64,000 bases of DNA from Auanema rhodensis (Eukaryota; Animalia; Nematoda). Shown here in pieces: positions 1-9,598 of this stretch (positions within the stretch are counted from its first letter, which is position 1; each line of letters opens with the position of its first letter). Both the position numbers and the translations under genes were made by a program. The stretch is from contig OZ059898.1 in assembly GCA_964057225.1 (NCBI GenBank), forward strand, positions 9,796,001-9,860,000. The letters are read 5' to 3'. Under the pieces are notes generated by a model. The model was not told the DNA's origin and did not search any database. It saw nothing but the letters and a program-made list of their open reading frames with translations.

Positions 1-538
1 AGAAAGAGACGAAAAAAGTTGAACGATTTGAAGAGAATTGTAAGTTTTAGAAAAGAATTAAAGTTTAGCTTTGTCTACTATTTAATGATTATCGGCTGAA
101 ATATGGTGACAGTTTTTTTTTAAAAGTTTCCATGATTAAGATTAATCAAAGAAAAAAAAATCAAAGAGAAACACTTCTTGTTTACTAATTTGATTATAAC
201 ACTTGAAATTCCAACAAAAGTAAAGTAAAACTGTTAAAGCGAGTAAAACTGTTGAACAATTTGAAGACAATTGTAAGTTGAAGAATAAAATTAAAGTTTA
301 GCTCTCTCTACTATTAACTGAATGTCGGCTAAAATATGGTAACAGTTTTTATTAAAAGTTTCCATGATTAAGATTAAACAAAGAAAAAAAATCAAAGAGA
401 AACACTCCTTGTTTACTAATTTGATTATAACACTTGAAATTCCAACAAAAGTAAAATAAAACTGTGAAAGCGGGTAAAACTGTTGAACTAAAACAGTCTT
501 TATAAAATATAAATGATATTTTTTTATAAAAGTGAAGT

Positions 539-609
539 TGCATCGGCCGGGAATCGAACCCGGGTTGCCCGCGTGGCAGGCGAGCATTCTACCACTGAAC
601 CACCGATGC
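539..609 (-). tRNA. tRNA-Gly(GCC), variable-loop variant (GGGCAACCC)
   Basis: 71-nt cloverleaf GCATCGGTGGTTCAGTGGTAGAATGCTCGCCTGCCACGCGGGCAACCCGGGTTCGATTCCCGGCCGATGCA with A/B boxes, followed by TTTT. Confidence 0.93.
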
Positions 610-1631
610 TTCGAAAATGTTAGATTGTTTCCGAAAAATTATGAAAAGTCAAGTTCTACTGATTTGAAGAAAATTGTAAGTTTTAGAAAATAATTAAAAA
701 TAAGTTCTCTCTACTATTAACTGATTGTCGGCTAAAATATGGTAACAGTTTTTATAAAAAGTTTCCATGATTAGGATTAAACAAAAAAAAGAATTAAAGA
801 GAAACACTTTTTGTTTACTTATTTGATTATAATACTTGAAATTCCAAAAACAGTAGAATAAAATTGAGAAATCGACAAAAACAGTTGAACGATTTGAAGA
901 GAATTGTAAGTTTTAGAAAAGAATTAAAGTTCAGCTATCTCTACTATTAACTGACTATCGGCTAGAATAAGGTAACAGTTTTTATTGAAAGTTTCCATGA
1001 TTAAGATTAAACAAAAAAAAAATCAGAGAGAAACACTTCTTGTTTACTTAATTGATTATAATACTTGAAATTCCAAAAACAGTAAAATAAAATTGAGAAA
1101 GCGACAAAAACAGTTGAACGATTTGAAGACAATTGTAAGTTTAAGAAAAGAATTAAAGTTTAGCTTTGTCTACTATTAACTGATTATCGGCTGAAATATG
1201 GTGACAGTTTTTTTTTAAAAGTTTTCATGATTAGGATTAAACAAAAAAAAGAATCAAAAAGAAACACTTCTTGTTTACTTATTTGATTATAACACTTGAA
1301 ATTCCAACAAAAGTAAAGTAAAACTGTTAAAGCGAGTAAAACTGTTGAACGATTTGAAGACAATTGTAAGTTGAAGAAAAAAATTAAAGTTTAGCTCTCT
1401 CTACTATTAACTGAATGTCGGCTAAAATATGGTAACAGTTTTTATTAAAAGTTTCCATGATTAAGATTAAACAAAGAAAAAAAATCAAAGAGAAACACTC
1501 CTTGTTTACTAATTTGATTATAACACTTGAAATTCCAACAAAAGTAAAATAAAACTGTGAAAGCGGGTAAAACTGTTGAACTAAAACAGTCTTTATAAAA
1601 TATAAATGATATTTTTTTATAAAAGTGAAGT

Positions 1632-1702
1632 TGCATCGGCCGGGAATCGAACCCGGGTCGCCCGCGTGGCAGGCGAGCATTCTACCACTGAACCACCGAT
1701 GC
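1632..1702 (-). tRNA. tRNA-Gly(GCC)
   Basis: Full 71-nt cloverleaf, anticodon GCC, downstream T run. Confidence 0.96.
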
Positions 1703-2741
1703 TTCGAAAATGTTAGATTGTTTCCGAAAAATTATGAAAAGTCAAGTTCTACTGATTTGAAGAGAATTGTAAGTTTTAGAAAAGAATTAAAGTTCAGCTA
1801 TCTCTACTATTAACTGATTATCGGCTAAAATAAGGTAACAGTTTTTATTGAAAGTTTCCATGATTAAGATTAAACAAAGAAAAAGAATCAAAGAGAAACA
1901 CTTCTTGTTTACTTATTTGATTATAATACTTGAAATTCCAAAAACAGTAGAATAAAATAGAGAAAGCGACGAAAAAAGTTGAACAATTTGAAGAGAATTG
2001 TAAGTTTTAGAGAAGAATTAAAGTTCAGCTATCTCTACTATTAACTGATTGTCGGCTAAAATAAGGTAACAGTTTTTATTGAAAGTTTCCATGATTAAGA
2101 TTAAACAAAGAAAAAAATCAAAGAGAAACACTTCTTGTTTACTTACTTGATTATAATACTTGAAATTCCAAAAACAGTAAAATAAAATTGAAAAAGCGAC
2201 AAAAACAGTTGAACGATTTGAAGACAATTGTAAGTTGAAGAATAAAATTAAAGTTTAGCTCTCTCTACTATTAACTGAATGTCGGCTAAAATATGGTAAC
2301 AGTTTTTATTAAAAGTTTCCATGATTAAGATTAAACAAAGAAAAAAAATCAAAGAGAAACACTTCTTGTTTACTTATTTGATTATAATACTTGAAATTCC
2401 AAAAACAGTAGAATAAAATAGAGAAAGAGACGAAAAAAGTTGAACGATTTGAAGAGAATTGTAAGTTTTAGAAAAGAATTAAAGTTTAGCTTTGTCTACT
2501 ATTTAATGATTATCGGCTGAAATATGGTGACAGTTTTTATTGAAAGTTCCATGATTAAGATTAAACAAAAAAAAAATCAGAGAGAAACACTTCTTGTTTA
2601 TTTATTTGATTATAATACTTGAAATTCCAAGAACAGTAGAATAAAATAGAGAAAGCGACGAAAAAAGTTGAACGATTTGAAGAGAATTGTAAGTTTTAGA
2701 AAAGAATTACAGTTCAGCTATCTCTACTATTAACTGATTAT

Positions 2742-2869
2742 CAGCTAAAATAAGGTAACAGTTTTTATTAAAGCGAGTAAAACTGTTGAACGATTTGAAG
2801 ACAATCGGCTAAAATAAGGTAACAGTTTTTATTAAAGCGAGTAAAACTGTTGAACGATTTGAAGAAAAT
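2742..2869. repeat. Tandem duplication of an internally deleted ~64-bp satellite monomer
   Basis: C(A/G)GCTAAAATAAGGTAACAGTTTTTATTAAAGCGAGTAAAACTGTTGAACGATTTGAAGA appears twice in direct succession. Confidence 0.85.
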
Positions 2870-3369
2870 TGTAAGTTCTAGAAAATAATTAAAAATAAGT
2901 TCTCTCTACTATTAACTGATTGTCGGCTAAATTATGGTAACAGTTTTTATGAAAAGTTTCCATGATTAGGATTAAACAAAGAAAAAAGAATCAAAGAGAA
3001 ACACTTCTTGTTTACTTATTTGATTATAATACTTGAAATTCCGAAAACAGTAGAATAAAATGAAGAAAGCGACAAAAACAGTTGAACGATTTGAAGACAA
3101 TTGTAAGTTGAAGAAAAAAATTAAAGTTTAGCTCTCTCTACTATTTAATGATTGTCGGCTAGAATATGGTAACAGTTTTTATTAAAAGTTTCCATGTTTA
3201 AGATTGAACAAAAAAAAAAAAATCCAAGAGAAACACTTCTTGTTTACTAATTTGATTATAACACTTGAAAATCCAACAAAAGTAAAATAAAACTGTAAAA
3301 GCGAGTAAAACTGTTGAAATAAAACAGTTTTTATTAAATATAAATGATATTTTTTTATAAAAATGAAGT

Positions 3370-3440
3370 TGCATCGGCCGGGAATCGAACCCGGGTCGCC
3401 CGCGTGGCAGGCGAGCATTCTACCACTGATCCACCGATGC
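3370..3440 (-). tRNA. tRNA-Gly(GCC), D-stem variant (GGATCAG)
   Basis: Same cloverleaf with a T12A change that breaks one D-stem pair. Confidence 0.88.
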
Positions 3441-4697
3441 TTCGAAAATGTTAGATTGTTTCCGAAAAATTATGAAAAGTCAAGTTCTACTGATTTGAAG
3501 AGAATTGTAAGTTTTAGAAAAGAATTAAAGTTCAGCTATCTCTACTATTAACTGATTATCGGCTAAAATAAGGTAACAGTTTTTATTGAAAGTTTCCATG
3601 ATTAAGATTAAACAAAGAAAAAGAATCAAAGAGAAACACTTCTTGTTTACTTATTTGATTATAATACTTGAAATTCCAAAAACAGTAGAATAAAATAGAG
3701 AAAGCGACGAAAAAAGTTGAACGATTTGAAGAGAATTGTAAGTTTTAGAGAAGAATTAAAGTTCAGCTATCTCTACTATTAACTGATTGTCGGCTAAAAT
3801 AAGGTAACAGTTTTTATTGAAAGTTTCCATGATTAAGATTAAACAAAGAAAAAAATCAAAGAGAAACACTTCTTGTTTACTTACTTGATTATAATACTTG
3901 AAATTCCAAAAACAGTAAAATAAAATTGAAAAAGCGACAAAAACAGTTGAACGATTTGAAGACAATTGTAAGTTGAAGAATAAAATTAAAGTTTAGCTCT
4001 CTCTACTATTAACTGAATGTCGGCTAAAATATGGTAACAGTTTTTATTAAAAGTTTCCATGATTAAGATTAAACAAAGAAAAAAAATCAAAGAGAAACAC
4101 TTCTTGTTTACTTATTTGATTATAATACTTGAAATTCCAAAAACAGTAGAATAAAATAGAGAAAGAGACGAAAAAAGTTGAACGATTTGAAGAGAATTGT
4201 AAGTTTTAGAAAAGAATTAAAGTTTAGCTTTGTCTACTATTTAATGATTATCGGCTGAAATATGGTGACAGTTTTTTTTTAAAAGTTTCCATGATTAAGA
4301 TTAATCAAAGAAAAAAAAATCAAAGAGAAACACTTCTTGTTTACTAATTTGATTATAACACTTGAAATTCCAACAAAAGTAAAGTAAAACTGTTAAAGCG
4401 AGTAAAACTGTTGAACAATTTGAAGACAATTGTAAGTTGAAGAATAAAATTAAAGTTTAGCTCTCTCTACTATTAACTGAATGTCGGCTAAAATATGGTA
4501 ACAGTTTTTATTAAAAGTTTCCATGATTAAGATTAAACAAAGAAAAAAAATCAAAGAGAAACACTCCTTGTTTACTAATTTGATTATAACACTTGAAATT
4601 CCAACAAAAGTAAAATAAAACTGTGAAAGCGGGTAAAACTGTTGAACTAAAACAGTCTTTATAAAATATAAATGATATTTTTTTATAAAAGTGAAGT

Positions 4698-4768
4698 TGC
4701 ATCGGCCGGGAATCGAACCCGGGTTGCCCGCGTGGCAGGCGAGCATTCTACCACTGAACCACCGATGC
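4698..4768 (-). tRNA. tRNA-Gly(GCC), variable-loop variant (GGGCAACCC)
   Basis: Identical to the copy at 539-609. Confidence 0.93.
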
Positions 4769-5791
4769 TTCGAAAATGTTAGATTGTTTCCGAAAAATTA
4801 TGAAAAGTCAAGTTCTACTGATTTGAAGAAAATTGTAAGTTTTAGAAAATAATTAAAAATAAGTTCTCTCTACTATTAACTGATTGTCGGCTAAAATATG
4901 GTAACAGTTTTTATAAAAAGTTTCCATGATTAGGATCAAACAAAAAAAAGAATTAAAGAGAAACACTTTTTGTTTACTTATTTGATTATAATACTTGAAA
5001 TTCCAAAAACAGTAGAATAAAATTGAGAAATCGACAAAAACAGTTGAACGATTTGAAGAGAATTGTAAGTTTTAGAAAAGAATTAAAGTTCAGCTATCTC
5101 TACTATTAACTGACTATCGGCTAGAATAAGGTAACAGTTTTTATTGAAAGTTTCCATGATTAAGATTAAACAAAAAAAAAATCAGAGAGAAACACTTCTT
5201 GTTTACTTACTTGATTATAATACTTGAAATTCCAAAAACAGTAAAATAAAATTGAGAAAGCGACAAAAACAGTTGAACGATTTGAAGACAATTGTAAGTT
5301 TAAGAAAAGAATTAAAGTTTAGCTTTGTCTACTATTAACTGATTATCGGCTGAAATATGGTGACAGTTTTTTTTTTAAAGTTTTCATGATTAGGATTAAA
5401 CAAAAAAAAGAATCAAAAAGAAACACTTCTTGTTTACTTATTTGATTATAACACTTGAAATTCCAACAAAAGTAAAGTAAAACTGTTAAAGCGAGTAAAA
5501 CTGTTGAACGATTTGAAGACAATTGTAAGTTGAAGAAAAAAATTAAAGTTTAGCTCTCTCTACTATTTAATGATTGTCGGCTAGAATATGGTAACAGTTT
5601 TTATTAAAAGTTTCCATGTTTAAGATTGAACAAAGAAAAAAAAATCCAAGAGAAACACTTCTTGTTTACTAATTTGATTATAACACTTGAAAATCCAACA
5701 AAAGTAAAATAAAACTGTAAAAGCGAGTAAAACTGTTGAAATAAAACAGTTTTTATTAAATATAAATGATATTTTTTTATAAAAATGAAGT

Positions 5792-5862
5792 TGCATCGGC
5801 CGGGAATCGAACCCGGGTCGCCCGCGTGGCAGGCGAGCATTCTACCACTGAACCACCGATGC
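5792..5862 (-). tRNA. tRNA-Gly(GCC)
   Basis: Full 71-nt cloverleaf. Confidence 0.96.
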
Positions 5863-7113
5863 TTCGAAAATGTTAGATTGTTTCCGAAAAATTATGAAAA
5901 GTCAAGTTCTACTGATTTGAAGAGAATTGTAAGTTTTAGAAAAGAATTAAAGTTCAGCTATCTCTACTATTAACTGATTATCGGCTAAAATAAGGTAACA
6001 GTTTTTATTGAAAGTTTCCATGATTAAGATTAAACAAAGAAAAAGAATCAAAGAGAAACACTTCTTGTTTACTTATTTGATTATAATACTTGAAATTCCA
6101 AAAACAGTAGAATAAAATAGAGAAAGCGACGAAAAAAGTTGAACGATTTGAAGAGAATTGTAAGTTTTAGAGAAGAATTAAAGTTCAGCTATCTCTACTA
6201 TTAACTGATTGTCGGCTAAAATAAGGTAACAGTTTTTATTGAAAGTTTCCATGATTAAGATTAAACAAAGAAAAAAATCAAAGAGAAACACTTCTTGTTT
6301 ACTTACTTGATTATAATACTTGAAATTCCAAAAACAGTAAAATAAAATTGAAAAAGCGACAAAAACAGTTGAACGATTTGAAGACAATTGTAAGTTGAAG
6401 AATAAAATTAAAGTTTAGCTCTCTCTACTATTAACTGAATGTCGGCTAAAATATGGTAACAGTTTTTATTAAAAGTTTCCATGATTAAGATTAAACAAAG
6501 AAAAAAAATCAAAGAGAAACACTTCTTGTTTACTTATTTGATTATAATACTTGAAATTCCAAAAACAGTAGAATAAAATAGAGAAAGAGACGAAAAAAGT
6601 TGAACGATTTGAAGAGAATTGTAAGTTTTAGAAAAGAATTAAAGTTTAGCTTTGTCTACTATTTAATGATTATCGGCTGAAATATGGTGACAGTTTTTAT
6701 TGAAAGTTCCATGATTAAGATTAAACAAAAAAAAATCAGAGAGAAACACTTCTTGTTTACTTACTTGATTATAATACTTGAAATTCCAAAAACAGTAAAA
6801 TAAAATTGAGAAAGCGACAAAAACAGTTGAACGATTTGAAGACAATTGTAAGTTGAAGAATAAAATTAAAGTTTAGCTCTCTCTACTATTAACTGAATGT
6901 CGGCTAAAATATGGTAACAGTTTTTATTAAAAGTTTCCATGATTAAGATTAAACAAAGAAAAAAAATCAAAGAGAAACACTTCTTGTTTACTAATTTGAT
7001 TATAACACTTGAAATTCCAACAAAAGTAAAATAAAACTGTGAAAGCGGGTAAAACTGTTGAACTAAAACAGTCTTTATAAAATATAAATGATATTTTTTT
7101 ATAAAAGTGAAGT

Positions 7114-7184
7114 TGCATCGGCCGGGAATCGAACCCGGGTCGCCCGCGTGGCAGGCGAGCATTCTACCACTGAACCACCGATGC
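7114..7184 (-). tRNA. tRNA-Gly(GCC)
   Basis: Full 71-nt cloverleaf. Confidence 0.96.
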
Positions 7185-7979
7185 TTCGAAAATGTTAGAT
7201 TGTTTCCGAAAAATTATGAAAAGTCAAGTTCTACTGATTTGAAGAAAATTGTAAGTTTTAGAAAATAATTAAAAATAAGTTCTCTCTACTATTAACTGAT
7301 TATCGGCTGAAATATGGTGACAGTTTTTTTTTAAAAGTTTCCATGATTAAGATTAAACAAAGAAAAAAAATCAAAGAGAAACACTTCTTGTTTACTTATT
7401 TGATTATAATACTTGAAATTCCAAAAACAGTAGAATAAAATTGAGAAATCGACAAAAACAGTTGAACGATTTGAAGAGTATTGTAAGTTTTAGAAAAGAA
7501 TTAATGTTCAGCTATCTCTACTATTAACTGACTATCGGCTAGAATAAGGTAACAGTTTTTATTAAAAGTTTCCATGATTAAGATTAAACAAAGAAAAAAA
7601 ATCAAAGAGAAACACTTCTTGTTTACTTACTTGATTATAATACTTGAAATTCCAAAAACAGTAAAATAAAATTGAGAAAGCGACAAAAACAGTTGAACGA
7701 TTTGAAGACAATTGTAAGTTTAAGAAAAGAATTAAAGTTTAGCTTTGTCTACTATTAACTGATTATCGGCTGAAATATGGTGACAGTTTTTTTTTAAAAG
7801 TTTTCATGATTAGGATTAAACAAAAAAAAGAATCAAAAAGAAACACTTCTTGTTTACTTATTTGATTATAACACTTGAAATTCCAACAAAAGTAAAATAA
7901 AACTGTGAAAGCGGGTAAAACTGTTGAACTAAAACAGTCTTTATAAAATATAAATGATATTTTTTTATAAAAGTGAAGT

Positions 7980-8050
7980 TGCATCGGCCGGGAATCGAAC
8001 CCGGGTCGCCCGCGTGGCAGGCGAGCATTCTACCACTGAACCACCGATGC
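7980..8050 (-). tRNA. tRNA-Gly(GCC)
   Basis: Full 71-nt cloverleaf; its 5' end is 62 bp from the BEL insertion point. Confidence 0.96.
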
Positions 8051-8112
8051 TTCGAAAATGTTAGATTGTTTCCGAAAAATTATGAAAAGTCAAGTTCTAC
8101 TGATTTGAAGAG

Positions 8113-8959
8113 TGTCGCGATAAGCGAGTGAGTTTGTATAAATTTTATCTTCAACAATTGTTTTATTTGTCTCTCCTGTTACCCGTCGCTGAGGAAGTAT
8201 ACGAAGTCTATACTTGTGATAGTTGGTCCACCCAAACCGTATTTAATATAGAAACAACATTACTCTTTCAAGTTCAAGTTTCTTTTATCCAACTCAGTTA
8301 CATAACACATAACCTTTTGTACAGGCTCTAAAATTTATTGTATCTGTAACAAGATAACCTAAACACACCATTGTACAATAAACTAATAGATGTTAATCAG
8401 CGTTTAAAGTCCAGATGTGAACATGTATATAAGGATGCAGCTCATGTTTCTCCTATATTCCATGAAAATGGAAGATATTGTCTCGAATATAATTGAGAAT
8501 GCTTCCTTTGAGGAAGAGCTCAAAAAATATTCCCATCTACCTAACACTGCTGCCAATCTGAGGCAACTAATTGTGCTTGAAAAGAGGCTCTACGAGCACC
8601 TAGCTAGCGCGGTGAACCATCTATCCGAACGACTGGACAATATTCAACATTCGTTAAATCTGAAACTAGACAATTTGACCATTCAGACTGCTCCTAAAGC
8701 TTCATGTGTATTCTGCAATAAACCGACAGCTGATGGGCACCGTACTGCGGCCTGTCCGATTTATCCTTCCTCACCGGAACGCACTCTCCGTCTTCATGAA
8801 CTGGGGTTATGCATCAGATGTTTGAATCAAAAACATCCAGCGATTTGCGAGGTATCCTGCTATAGATGTAAGGCGGATACGCATCATGGAGTGGTTTGTG
8901 GTGATATAAAACGTAAAAGACCTTTGTAGGCCTTCTTCTCATTCCCGCATTGCCGGGAG
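8113..8959 (+). mobile_element. BEL unit 0: doubly deleted remnant (68 bp of LTR + ~85 bp env fragment + 3' region)
   Basis: 8113-8180 equals the LTR start; 8181-8265 matches env ~16409-16495; ~8274 onward matches ~17629 onward. Confidence 0.9.
8417..8929 (+). CDS. BEL 3' accessory ORF: coiled-coil plus three Cys/His zinc knuckles (copy in unit 0)
   Basis: CVFC-x7-H-x4-C, CIRC-x4-H-x3-C, CYRC-x4-HH-x3-C and C-terminal KRKR. The track start is GTG, so the real start is probably a downstream ATG. Confidence 0.8.
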   Translation: MNMYIRMQLMFLLYSMKMEDIVSNIIENASFEEELKKYSHLPNTAANLRQLIVLEKRLYEHLASAVNHLSERLDNIQHSLNLKLDNLTIQTAPKASCVFCNKPTADGHRTAACPIYPSSPERTLRLHELGLCIRCLNQKHPAICEVSCYRCKADTHHGVVCGDIKRKRPL

Positions 8960-9310
8960 TGTCGCGATAAGCGAGTGAGTTTGTATAAATTTTATCTTCA
9001 ACAATTGTTTTATTTGTCTCTCCTGTTTTCTCCCTCTCTCTCTCTCTCTCTCTCTCCCCTTTCTTCTTTCTTGTAACTTCCTAAGTAATTTTTATCCATA
9101 CCACATGTTGTGTTATACATGTGGCATGACTAACTCTTTGTTTCAGGCTGACGACCGCCCACGAGAAGAGATCAGTCTTACATTTTCAACGTTCGCAGTC
9201 AGTGATTTTATTCCGTGCTTGTCTTGTTAATTCATCAATAAACCCTTTTCTACATATTCGCTTTGTGTTTTACTTCCAACCATACTATACACTTGTGGTA
9301 TATCGCCACA
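8960..9310 (+). repeat. BEL LTR (351 bp), shared between units 0 and 1
   Basis: TGTCGCGATA...TATCGCCACA imperfect terminal inverted repeats; preceded by GCCGGGAG; contains (CT)n and AATAAA at 9237-9242. Confidence 0.96.
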
Positions 9311-9313
9311 AAT

Positions 9314-9382
9314 TGGTGCATCGGCTAGTTTAGATCTTAGCCGCTTTAAGTCCCGCGTGGCAGGTGAGATACAAGTCGAACC
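9314..9382 (+). promoter_or_regulatory. Primer binding site for tRNA-Gly(GCC) plus two further tRNA-complementary boxes
   Basis: TGGTGCATCGGC (9314-9325) pairs with ...GCCGAUGCA-CCA; CCCGCGTGGCAGGTGAG (9352-9368) pairs with the anticodon arm; AGTCGAACC (9374-9382) pairs with the T loop. Confidence 0.92.
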
Positions 9383-9598
9383 AAGCGTGTTTGTGCAAAA
9401 AACATACTTAATAAAAATCGTGGCGATCATAAGTCCACGTCAAGTCACACCAAACAGACTTGAACAATAAGCAAACTCTGAAATTAGAAACAGAGGTTTC
9501 AATTTCCTTACGTTCACATATACTGTGATCACCAAACAAACAAAGAAAAAAGAAAACAAAAAAGGAATATAAGCATTATTCCTACATCTACAACAAAA

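Larger units (their letters stand above)
1..8112. repeat. ~231-bp AT-rich satellite array with interspersed tRNA-Gly(GCC) cassettes (left block)
   Basis: Landmark AAGTT(T/C)AGCT recurs at 61, 294 ... 1790, 2021, 2251 (230-233 bp period). A ~172-bp cassette containing the tRNA sits between GTTGAAC and GATTTGAAG in some monomers. Confidence 0.97.

Noticed and set aside
539-660. tRNA-derived SINE interpretation of the 172-bp cassette
   Set aside because: The tRNA is complete with an immediate T-run terminator, has no LINE-like tail or per-copy TSD, and always sits at the same monomer position, which indicates tandem amplification.
291-7984. Many repeated 60-98 aa ORFs (MLACHAG..., MQLHFY..., MKLHRPG...) in the satellite blocks
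   Set aside because: They are chance translations of the tRNA gene and the AT-rich monomer, with no protein features.
1-8112. CRISPR-like appearance of regularly spaced repeats
   Set aside because: The spacers are themselves ~231-bp repeats, there are no unique spacers or cas genes, and the context is eukaryotic.
9320-9345. Similarity of the PBS-adjacent ATCGGCTAG to the satellite motif ATCGGCTAG/A
   Set aside because: Too short; explained by the PBS and a local hairpin, and no basis for inferring satellite capture.
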